DNA of 64,000 nt from Parcubacteria group bacterium GW2011_GWC1_36_108 (GTDB taxonomy: Bacteria; Patescibacteriota; Minisyncoccia; Moranbacterales; GWC2-37-73), in contig LBRD01000007.1 in NCBI GenBank assembly GCA_000991245.1, positions 37,539 through 101,538 of the forward strand, given 5' to 3'. The notes beneath the pieces are model-generated. The model worked only from the letters and a program-made list of their open reading frames with translations. It was not told the DNA's origin and made no database searches. The translations under genes and the position numbers were made by a program. Positions 55,833-64,000 of the stretch are shown here, piece by piece; the stretch's first letter is position 1; the number at the start of each line of letters is the position of its first letter.

Positions 55833-57131
55833 ATGAACAACGACATCGCGATCAGCGTTAAGAATGTGTCAAAGACCTTCAAGATACCACATGAAAAAAT
55901 CTCCTCTCTTCGTGGGGCGGCGGTTTCGATTTTTTCGAAAAAGAGGGGTTATGAAGAATTTAAGGCGTTGGATGATGTTAGTTTTGAGGTGAAGAAGGGG
56001 GAGTTTTTTGGGATTATTGGGAGAAATGGGAGTGGAAAAAGCACACTTTTGAAAATTCTGGCGGGAATATATCAGACTGACAAGGGAAGTGTGGAAATCG
56101 ACGGGCGGATTTCGCCGTTTTTGGAATTGGGGATTGGGTTTAATCCAGAACTTAGTGGTCGGGATAATGTGTATCTTAATGCAACTGTATTGGGACTGAC
56201 GAAAAAAGAAATCGATAAAAAATTTGATTCAATTGTGAAATTTTCTGAATTGGAAAGATTTATTGATCAAAAACTCAAAAATTATTCCTCCGGCATGCAA
56301 GTGCGACTAGCCTTTTCCGTTTCAATCCATGCCAACCGCGAGATTCTGCTCATGGATGAAGTGCTGGCGGTTGGAGATTCGAATTTCCAGAGTAAATGTT
56401 TGGAAGAATTTAATAAATATCGGGACGCGGGAAGAACTGTTATTATTGTTACTCATGATATTTCAGTAGTTCAGAGATATTGTGATCGAGCGATGCTTCT
56501 TAGAAATGGCAAAATAATGAAAATGGGAAAAGCAGAAGATGTGGCAAACGCATATGTTTATGATAATATGTCAGATGAAGAAAAAAGGTTTACTGATGAA
56601 GAAAGGCAAAAAATAATTGATGCCGAAAAAAATCTTGAAAATTTAAAAGGGAAAGAATTGGAGGATGAAAAAAGAAGAATTAAAGAGGAAAAAATAAAAC
56701 AAGCAGAAGAAAGAAAAAATAAAGTTGTGGAGATTATGAAGGTTGAACTTCTGGACAAAGACGGAATAGATAAGAATGTTTTTGAGACAGGGGAATCGCT
56801 CGATATTAAAATTAATTTTGAGGTGTACAAAGAAATTGAAAATTTAAATTTTGGGATAGGTCTGCATGCAATTTCAGGCGGACAAGTTTTTGGATATAAT
56901 ACTCAAATGGATGAGATAATTGTTGACAAAAATAAAAAAAGTATAACACTGCATTTTGATAAACTGCCAATTTTAAAGGGTGAATACACCATGAATATTG
57001 CATGCTGGAATGATATTGTTCAAGATCCATATGATCTCAAAATGGGTTATAGAATAGTGAGAATGTTTTCTAAAGGTTTAAAGAATAATTACGGTGGTTT
57101 TTGTGATATTGAGCATGCTTGGAAGAATTAA
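55833..57131 (+). CDS. wzt: Polysaccharide ABC exporter ATPase with C-terminal Wzt_C domain
   Basis: GRNGSGKST, YSSGM, DEVLAVGD motifs. Confidence 0.92.
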   Translation: MNNDIAISVKNVSKTFKIPHEKISSLRGAAVSIFSKKRGYEEFKALDDVSFEVKKGEFFGIIGRNGSGKSTLLKILAGIYQTDKGSVEIDGRISPFLELGIGFNPELSGRDNVYLNATVLGLTKKEIDKKFDSIVKFSELERFIDQKLKNYSSGMQVRLAFSVSIHANREILLMDEVLAVGDSNFQSKCLEEFNKYRDAGRTVIIVTHDISVVQRYCDRAMLLRNGKIMKMGKAEDVANAYVYDNMSDEEKRFTDEERQKIIDAEKNLENLKGKELEDEKRRIKEEKIKQAEERKNKVVEIMKVELLDKDGIDKNVFETGESLDIKINFEVYKEIENLNFGIGLHAISGGQVFGYNTQMDEIIVDKNKKSITLHFDKLPILKGEYTMNIACWNDIVQDPYDLKMGYRIVRMFSKGLKNNYGGFCDIEHAWKN

Positions 57132-57157
57132 CCGTGTTTTAAAAATAAAATTAAAAT

Positions 57158-58093
57158 ATGAGCGAAAAAAAATTTATTTCAGTGGTTACCCCTGTCTATA
57201 AATGTGAAAAGTGTATAGATGCTCTTTGTGCGCGATTGAAAAGTGTTATTGAAAAAATCACAGATAATTTCGAAATAATACTTGTAAATGATGCAAGTCC
57301 AGACAATGCTTGGGATGTTATAATGAAAAATTCAAAAAATGATCCCAGAATTAAGGGTATTAATCTTTCTCGCAATTTTGGACAGCATTATGCAATTACT
57401 GCGGGCATTGATTCTGCAGAAGGTGATTGGGTTGTAGTTATGGATTGTGACTTGCAAGACAAGCCTGAGGAAATTAGTAAGCTTTACAACAAAGCAATTG
57501 AGGGTGAATTCGATATAGTTTTTGGTAGAAGAATTATGCGCAAAGATGGTTTTTTAAAAAGAATGGCATCCAGATTTTTTTATAAGGTTTTTGAATATCT
57601 GTCTGGAATAAAATTTGATTATACTGTTGCAAATTTTAGCATTAGTAAGCGATTAGTTATCGAAAGCTTTAAAGATCTTAGAGAACAAAATAGATCATTC
57701 CCATATTTTATTAATTGGTTAGGATTTAATAGGGGTTATGTGGATATTGATCATGGAAAAAGAGATAATGGTGAATCAGCATATACTATAAAAAAGTTAT
57801 TAAAATTTGCTCTGGATAATATAATTGCTTATTCAAATAAGCCACTTATCCTTTCTATTTGGGTTGGATTGTTCTTTTCTTTTCTTTCAATTGCTTACGT
57901 TTTATATTTAATATTAAGATACATAAGTTACGGAGTTGTTATTGAAGGGTGGACAAGCGTTATTGTTTCAATATGGTTTATTGGTGGATTAATTTTTGCA
58001 AATCTTGGTGTAATTGGTTTGTATATTGGAAAAATTTTTAATGAAACTAAAAATCGCCCCTTGTACATAATAAAAGAAAAAATTGGTTTTTAA
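57158..58093 (+). CDS. GT2 polyprenol-phosphate glycosyltransferase (GtrB/ArnC-like)
   Basis: SRNFGQ, DCDLQD, RPLY motifs; two C-terminal TMs. Confidence 0.88.
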   Translation: MSEKKFISVVTPVYKCEKCIDALCARLKSVIEKITDNFEIILVNDASPDNAWDVIMKNSKNDPRIKGINLSRNFGQHYAITAGIDSAEGDWVVVMDCDLQDKPEEISKLYNKAIEGEFDIVFGRRIMRKDGFLKRMASRFFYKVFEYLSGIKFDYTVANFSISKRLVIESFKDLREQNRSFPYFINWLGFNRGYVDIDHGKRDNGESAYTIKKLLKFALDNIIAYSNKPLILSIWVGLFFSFLSIAYVLYLILRYISYGVVIEGWTSVIVSIWFIGGLIFANLGVIGLYIGKIFNETKNRPLYIIKEKIGF

Positions 58094-58111
58094 TTTTATT
58101 TTTGAAATCGT

Positions 58112-58816
58112 ATGATTAAAAAAAATGAATGGGATTCAAATCATTTCGGCATTAATATTGCAGAAGTTGATATTGCAGAACTAGAGAGAGACATGAAAAT
58201 GATCTCTTTGTTTGCTGAAAAGGAAAATATTTCTGTAATTCAATCGTGTTGTGATATTTCAGATATTAAATCGATAAATTTACTTGAAAAAAATGGCTTT
58301 TACTTTGCTGATTTGAAGATGACATATTTTTTGGATTTAGAAAATATAAATATTGAAAAAGCAGAAGTTGTATTTGCTGTTGCCAAGGATGTTTTTTTGT
58401 TGAAAAAAATAGCTGCCAAGTCATTTGTTGATAAAAGTCGGTACTATCATGATTTTTTTGAAAAAGAAAAGGCGGATAAACTTTTTGAAATTTGGATAGA
58501 AAAGGCGGTCAATGGAACATTTGATGATTTTTGCATAAAAACTGAAAAAGATGGAGTTGTTGCTGGTTTTATTACTGGAAAAAAAATAGATGATTTGAGT
58601 GCAAGGATTGGAATAATAGGTGTAGATGATAGCTTCCAGAGTAGGGGCGCTGGAACAAAACTCTTGGAATCACTTTTTTATTTTTATAAATCAGAGGGTG
58701 TAAAAAGCGTGTATGTTTCTACACAAGGAAAAAACATAGGTGCTAATAACTTTTATATAAAAAATGGCTTTAAAATTAAAAATATTGAGGCATGGTTTTA
58801 TAAGAAATATAATTAA
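58112..58816 (+). CDS. GNAT acetyltransferase, WecD-like
   Basis: WDSNHFG, SRY, STQGKN..A..FY...GF motifs. Confidence 0.75.
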   Translation: MIKKNEWDSNHFGINIAEVDIAELERDMKMISLFAEKENISVIQSCCDISDIKSINLLEKNGFYFADLKMTYFLDLENINIEKAEVVFAVAKDVFLLKKIAAKSFVDKSRYYHDFFEKEKADKLFEIWIEKAVNGTFDDFCIKTEKDGVVAGFITGKKIDDLSARIGIIGVDDSFQSRGAGTKLLESLFYFYKSEGVKSVYVSTQGKNIGANNFYIKNGFKIKNIEAWFYKKYN

Positions 58817-58831
58817 TATTATTAAATAAAA

Positions 58832-59200
58832 ATGGCGTATCTATATATTTTAGGCACTATAATCTTTACAGTGTATGGTCAATTGATATTGAAATGGCGC
58901 ATACCTTTTTATGGATCACTCCCGGCTTCCTTTTTTGATAAAATATTGTTTTTATTTAAATTATTATTGGATCCTTTTATCTTTTCTGGTTTTGCTGCAG
59001 CATTTATTGCATCATTTTTTTGGATGGCAGCAGTGACAAATAAGATAGAACTCAGCAGGGCATATCCCATGACTACGATTGGTTTGGTGTTGGTATTTGT
59101 TTTTTCGATTATTTTTTTTAAAGAAGCACTGACGGTGTATAAGGTTATTGGAATGTTTTTAATAATTTCAGGCGTTTTATTTATCAGTAAATCATTATGA
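58832..59200 (+). CDS. Small DMT/EamA-type (ArnE/F-like) flippase
   Basis: GQLILKW, LSRAYP motifs; four TMs. Confidence 0.75.
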   Translation: MAYLYILGTIIFTVYGQLILKWRIPFYGSLPASFFDKILFLFKLLLDPFIFSGFAAAFIASFFWMAAVTNKIELSRAYPMTTIGLVLVFVFSIIFFKEALTVYKVIGMFLIISGVLFISKSL

Positions 59201-60072
59201 TAATATGTCTAAAGTGTAAAAGTGAATTAAGAAAGGAGAATGAACGTTATCTTTGTAATTCCTGTGGCTTTCGGGCTGATATTATAAATGGGGTTGTTTA
59301 TTTTAAGCCAGAAATTGATGAAACATTTGAAAGTTATAATCCCAATGCATTGGATGTCTTTTATAAATATGAAAAGGAACACTTTTGGTTTAAAATCAGA
59401 AGAGATTTTATTCTTAAAATATTTAGTAAATATGTAAAAAAAAGTAGTTTGGTTATGGAGGTGGGCACAGGAACGGGAAATATTGCTAGAGAATTAAAAA
59501 ATAACGGATACGACGTTGTGATTTCTGATGTGCATAAACAATTTCTTGATTTTGAAAAAAATAAAATAATAGAAAAAAGATATCAGTTTGATGTCAATGA
59601 ACCACCATTCGAAGATCACTTCAATGCAATTGGAATGTTTGATGTTCTTGAGCATACTGAGGAAGATGAACAAGTTTTGAAAAATATTAGAAAAATGTTA
59701 AAGGATGATGGTAAAATTATCATAACAGTTCCTGCGCATAGTTGGTTGTGGAATAAGTATGATTATTCGCATAAACGAAGATATAATTTAAAAAGAATTA
59801 GGGAGATATTTAAAAACAGCGGTTTTGATATACTTGAGGCTAAACATTTTTTTGTTTCTATTATGCCGCTTTTATTTATAAGAGCTTTGATAGAGAGAGA
59901 TAATGGTAACAAAGATTCTGCCGATGATTTAGCGGAGCAGCAGATGGCTATTAATCCCATCATAAATAAAATTTTGTATACTATTCTTTCCTTAGAATGT
60001 AAATTGATTGCAAATATTTCTCCGAAAATCGGAGGCAGCATTATTGTTGTTGCGCAAAAAAGTAAAAATTAA
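59197..60072 (+). CDS. Class I SAM-dependent methyltransferase with N-terminal Zn ribbon
   Basis: CxxC..CxxC, HFWF, EVGTGTG, DVLEH, TVPA motifs. Confidence 0.85.
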   Translation: MIICLKCKSELRKENERYLCNSCGFRADIINGVVYFKPEIDETFESYNPNALDVFYKYEKEHFWFKIRRDFILKIFSKYVKKSSLVMEVGTGTGNIARELKNNGYDVVISDVHKQFLDFEKNKIIEKRYQFDVNEPPFEDHFNAIGMFDVLEHTEEDEQVLKNIRKMLKDDGKIIITVPAHSWLWNKYDYSHKRRYNLKRIREIFKNSGFDILEAKHFFVSIMPLLFIRALIERDNGNKDSADDLAEQQMAINPIINKILYTILSLECKLIANISPKIGGSIIVVAQKSKN

Positions 60073-60084
60073 TTTTTTGTTTTT

Positions 60085-61233
60085 ATGATACCATTTAATA
60101 TTCCTCCATTTACTGGCAAAGAAGAAAAATATCTAAAAGAAGTTATCGCAAAAAGAAAATTATCTGGCGATGGTGAATTTACAAAAAAATGTAATCAGTG
60201 GTTCGAAGATAATTTTAAGTGTAAAAAGGCTCTTCTGACTACCTCATGTTCTCATGCTCTTGATATGGCTGCTATTTTGATAGATATAAAGGAGGGGGAT
60301 GAAGTTATTATGCCATCTTATACTTTTGTTTCAACTGCCAATGCTTTTGCCTTGAGAGGAGCAAAGATTGTATTTGTTGATATTCGTCCTGATACGATGA
60401 ATATAGACGAGAGTCTTATTGAAAAAGCTATTACGAATAAGACCAAGGTTATTGTGGTTGTTCATTATGCTGGAATTTCATGTGAAATGGACACCATTAT
60501 GGAAATTGCTAGAAAGCATAATTTGCTGGTAATTGAGGATGCGGCACAAGGGGTAATGTCGAAATATAAAGGAAAATTTTTAGGAACAATTGGAGATATT
60601 GGATGCTACAGTTTTCATGAAACAAAAAACTATTCGTCAGGAGAAGGTGGTGCTATTGTTTTAAATAATGAAAAATTTGTAGAAAGAGCTGAGATTATTA
60701 GAGAAAAGGGAACAAATAGATCAAAATTTTTGAGAGGGCAAGTTGATAAGTATACATGGGTTGATATCGGTTCTTCATATTTGCCAAGTGAATTAAATGC
60801 TGCGTATTTATTTGCTCAGCTTGAGGTTGCTGAAAATATAAACACAAAAAGACTAACGTTGTGGAATTTATATTTCAAATTATTAAAGAAATTAAGTGAA
60901 GAAGGTTTATTGGAATTGCCAACCATTCCTGATGATTGCGAACATAATGCACATATGTTTTACATAAAAACGAAGAATTTAGCGGAACGAACCGAGTTGA
61001 TAGATTATCTTAAAAGCAAGGATATTTTAAGTGTATTTCATTATGTTCCATTGCATTCTTCATCTGCAGGTATTAAATACGGTGTTTTTTCTGGCGAGGA
61101 TAAATATACAACGCAAGATAGTGATAGATTGATAAGATTGCCTATGTACTATGAGTTATCAGCGGATGAAGTTGAAAAAATTGTTTCTGATATATTCTTA
61201 TTTTATGAATTGAAAAATAATAAAAAATTATAA
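60085..61233 (+). CDS. wecE: dTDP-4-amino-4,6-dideoxygalactose transaminase
   Basis: MIPFN.P, SFHETKN, EKGTNRSKF.RGQVDKYTWVD motifs. Confidence 0.9.
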   Translation: MIPFNIPPFTGKEEKYLKEVIAKRKLSGDGEFTKKCNQWFEDNFKCKKALLTTSCSHALDMAAILIDIKEGDEVIMPSYTFVSTANAFALRGAKIVFVDIRPDTMNIDESLIEKAITNKTKVIVVVHYAGISCEMDTIMEIARKHNLLVIEDAAQGVMSKYKGKFLGTIGDIGCYSFHETKNYSSGEGGAIVLNNEKFVERAEIIREKGTNRSKFLRGQVDKYTWVDIGSSYLPSELNAAYLFAQLEVAENINTKRLTLWNLYFKLLKKLSEEGLLELPTIPDDCEHNAHMFYIKTKNLAERTELIDYLKSKDILSVFHYVPLHSSSAGIKYGVFSGEDKYTTQDSDRLIRLPMYYELSADEVEKIVSDIFLFYELKNNKKL

Positions 61234-61237
61234 CAAA

Positions 61238-62671
61238 ATGATAAAAAATAATATTATAAGGCTGTTAGATAATAAGATATCCTTGTTTGTTTTTGCTTTT
61301 TTGTTAATGGCGAGTTATTTATTCCCTGCTAAGGATTTAATTACGGGTAGTATGGATGCCTCTGAAACTTGGAAAGTAGTGACAACATTTTTTAGTCACG
61401 ATCCCTATAGTTCGTATGTGATGTATAAGGGTTTTTTAGCCTTTATCCCAAACATTGCTTTGTATGAGTTAGCTATTTTTTTTGATGTGGACCTATTCTT
61501 TTTTGTAAAAATTTTTAATTGTATTAGTTTTGCATATATAACAACTATTGGAATCCCATATTTCTTTGCATATATTTTTGGCAATAAAATTAAATACTAT
61601 AAAATTTATATTTTAACTCTAATATTGTACTTTGGCATAAGGCCCAACTTCTCTTTTATAAGCGTTGATTTTCCAAGTATTGTTTTGATGATGCTTACTA
61701 TGAATAGCGCTATAAAAATCAAAATTAGTGAAAAAAAATTGCCCATTTTTTATTATATTTACGCTGGTATTATTTTTTCGATGGGCTTATTGCTTAGCGG
61801 ACAGTATATCCCTGCAGTTATCTTTACACTAGCGTTCCTATTTTTTTCAGAAGTTATTCCTGTTATTAGACAAAAAAAAATTAATTTTAGATCGTTTGTT
61901 ATTTTAGCTTGCTTTATTTTAGGCTTTTTTGTTATAAATGTTTCAAATAATTATTTTATTGAAACTAGGGTGCAGCCAGTTAGGGAGGCAGGAGAATGGC
62001 TTCCAACTGCAAATGATTGGTTTAAATTTGCTTTGACAAATAATATGTTATTTTCTAAACTTAGTTCAGTGATGATACCTGATAATAGGGGTAAGGCTAT
62101 ACTTATAAGTGAAAATGCTGATATGCAGGCAATTAGTGGTGGTGGTGGTGCTTATAATTATGATGATTATGCAATGCTGGTATTAAAATATCCCATAGAT
62201 TTTATAGTGAGGTGGGCGAATAGATTATTTCTTGGAATAAGTATTGATAGTGATAAATTAAAATTTATCTATTTGTTTATCTCGTATACCTTGTTATTTT
62301 TATCATTGCTTACAATAAAAAAGAAATGTGAAAAATTAAAAGATTTTTTAGATTTGCGTATATTTTTAATATTAGCAATGGCTACACCGTCTCTGATACC
62401 GTGTTTCATACATGTCGAAATGAGATATTTCATGTCAATTCAGATTCTTATTGCAGGCATAGCTTTATTGTCGGATACTTTATGGAAATCATTACTAAAC
62501 TTTAAAGATTTTGTAAGTCTAATAATTGTTAGTAGGGGGAAAATAATAAGTAAAATGCGCATTAATTATTTATTCATCAGTTACATTATTTTTGTAACAT
62601 TGTGCTTTATGTTGCTTGCAACCCAATATGAGCTTTTGGGTCCAATTCCAAATATCCTTTTTAAATTCTAA
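61238..62671 (+). CDS. Polytopic membrane protein (possible GT-C or polymerase)
   Basis: Many TMs; E.RY motif; glycan-locus context. Confidence 0.6.
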   Translation: MIKNNIIRLLDNKISLFVFAFLLMASYLFPAKDLITGSMDASETWKVVTTFFSHDPYSSYVMYKGFLAFIPNIALYELAIFFDVDLFFFVKIFNCISFAYITTIGIPYFFAYIFGNKIKYYKIYILTLILYFGIRPNFSFISVDFPSIVLMMLTMNSAIKIKISEKKLPIFYYIYAGIIFSMGLLLSGQYIPAVIFTLAFLFFSEVIPVIRQKKINFRSFVILACFILGFFVINVSNNYFIETRVQPVREAGEWLPTANDWFKFALTNNMLFSKLSSVMIPDNRGKAILISENADMQAISGGGGAYNYDDYAMLVLKYPIDFIVRWANRLFLGISIDSDKLKFIYLFISYTLLFLSLLTIKKKCEKLKDFLDLRIFLILAMATPSLIPCFIHVEMRYFMSIQILIAGIALLSDTLWKSLLNFKDFVSLIIVSRGKIISKMRINYLFISYIIFVTLCFMLLATQYELLGPIPNILFKF

Positions 62672-62681
62672 TTAAATCAAG

Positions 62682-63104
62682 ATGAAATATTCGCAAAAAA
62701 TAGAAACACTAAAATTATCAGTCAATGGAGATGAGACCGGGCAGTTAATTGCGCTAGAGTCTAATAAGGCAGTTGTTCCATTTGACATTAAAAGGGTTTA
62801 TTATATATATGATACAACACCAGGAACAGTGCGAGGTCACCATGCTCATAAAAAATTGAAACAGCTCCTAGTGGCAACTAGTGGCTCTTGTACTATTGTG
62901 TGTGATGATGGGAAGGAAAAAAGGGAATTCATTCTTGATTGGCCAAATAAGGCACTTTACGTTGAGGGCATGATATGGCGTGATATGAAAAATTTTTCTA
63001 AAGGAGCTGTTTTGATGGTTTTGGCAAGTGAATATTATGATGAAAATGATTATATTAGGGATTATAATGTATTTTTGAAAGAATTAAAAAATATTAAAAA
63101 GTAG
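62682..63104 (+). CDS. dTDP-6-deoxy-3,4-keto-hexulose isomerase (FdtA/QdtA cupin)
   Basis: PFDIKRVYY, RGHHAHK, LAS..YDENDYIR motifs. Confidence 0.88.
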   Translation: MKYSQKIETLKLSVNGDETGQLIALESNKAVVPFDIKRVYYIYDTTPGTVRGHHAHKKLKQLLVATSGSCTIVCDDGKEKREFILDWPNKALYVEGMIWRDMKNFSKGAVLMVLASEYYDENDYIRDYNVFLKELKNIKK

Positions 63105-63114
63105 TTGATTTTTT

Positions 63115-64000
63115 ATGGCAAATATAGTAATTATTCATTATGGTGGAGTTAAGGTTGAAGGGAAGTATAAAACCTTTGTTTTTTATGAAGGTTTAATTGA
63201 GTCTTTGCGAAAAAATGGTAATAATGTGATGGAAATAATTACTAATGATTTTTTAGTGCAACCATGGGGTGGAACAAATAAACTTAAATTAAAGATAAAT
63301 AGAAACAAGCTTATTAATGACGTGGTTGTTTTTAATCCAGATTTAGTAATTTCTTTTAATAATTCTTCTATTGATGGGTTAGAAAAAATTCTTAAGTGCC
63401 CAATAGCTATTTGGAGTGCGGATCACTTTTATCATTTTAATGACCTAGAAAAACTGAAAACTAATAAAGATAGGTTTATATTTTTTTGTGCTCAGTCTGG
63501 CGATGTGGCTGATTGTCAAAGAATAGTAGGGGCTAGCCCTGATAAATGTTTTCGTGTTAAGCCAGCAACATCGGTGCAATCTGATTTTATTCATGAAAAA
63601 GTGAACAACATTATTTTTATAGGTAGTCCATTTGGAAGTCATGGAGAAAAGGAAAATTTGCACAAACATAAAAAAGAATTTGTTGAGCTTGGAAAAAAAC
63701 TTATAAAAAAGGATGGAAATGTGGAGGATCTTGTTAGACAATATGAGGAAATTAGTGATATACAACAAACTATTTTGGATTTTGGTTCGGCAGCTAATCG
63801 TACTAGTGTTTTAAGCCATATTGCTTCGTTGGGGTTAAATATTCATGGAGGAGATGGATGGTTAGACATTGGATTAGATTCTTCATTGGATATTTTTAAT
63901 TCCTATAATCCGAAACAAATATATTCAGTCTCCCAAACACAAGATGCCTACAATAGTTCAAAAATAGGCATTAATATAAATCATTCTCAGGCAAAAACAG
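63115..64000 (+). CDS. Probable CgeB-like glycosyltransferase, 3'-partial
   Basis: Frame starting MANIVIIHYG and ending YNSSKIGININH at the window edge; absent from the ORF track because it has no stop. Confidence 0.65.
   Translation, partial: MANIVIIHYGGVKVEGKYKTFVFYEGLIESLRKNGNNVMEIITNDFLVQPWGGTNKLKLKINRNKLINDVVVFNPDLVISFNNSSIDGLEKILKCPIAIWSADHFYHFNDLEKLKTNKDRFIFFCAQSGDVADCQRIVGASPDKCFRVKPATSVQSDFIHEKVNNIIFIGSPFGSHGEKENLHKHKKEFVELGKKLIKKDGNVEDLVRQYEEISDIQQTILDFGSAANRTSVLSHIASLGLNIHGGDGWLDIGLDSSLDIFNSYNPKQIYSVSQTQDAYNSSKIGININHSQAKT

Noticed and set aside
53881-56273. wzt duplicate as a DGR TR/VR pair
   Set aside because: The three mismatches are at adenines of the wzt copy, but all are synonymous, the match is only 56 nt in an ATPase core, and no RT is present
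1-64000. Alternative genetic code (TGA recoding as in Gracilibacteria/SR1)
   Set aside because: Genes are full length under code 11, several end in TGA, and RF2 is present

Overview
AT-rich bacterial chromosome segment. Gene content and style suggest a CPR/Patescibacteria (Parcubacteria-like) genome; this is inference. Core content: cell wall and division genes (mrdA, ftsW, murG, murC, ftsE/ftsX), RNase P RNA, khpA, folC, trmD, RNase HI, a MacAB-like efflux set, a metabolic block (Helicobacter-type mqo, a PLP aminotransferase, a four-subunit 2-oxoacid:ferredoxin oxidoreductase), two tRNAs, frameshifted prfB, a membrane-anchored Clp-like ATPase and a large surface-glycan locus. The wzm and wzt genes of that locus are separated by about 8.5 kb of accessory cargo. 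Most interesting non-standard signals: (1) a wHTH plus Cas2-like (PaaX-type) gene bracketed by three 41-bp hairpin direct repeats with an invariant loop; (2) two apparent leader-peptide attenuators, one Asn/Asp-rich in front of mqo and one aromatic-rich in front of an orphan gene; (3) two promoter- and terminator-bounded structured small RNAs next to a DUF3800-like gene; (4) a four-helix-bundle gene framed by inverted heptamer arrays, with many empty or in-frame arrays elsewhere; (5) several families of palindromic mini-elements, some translated in frame inside enzymes.
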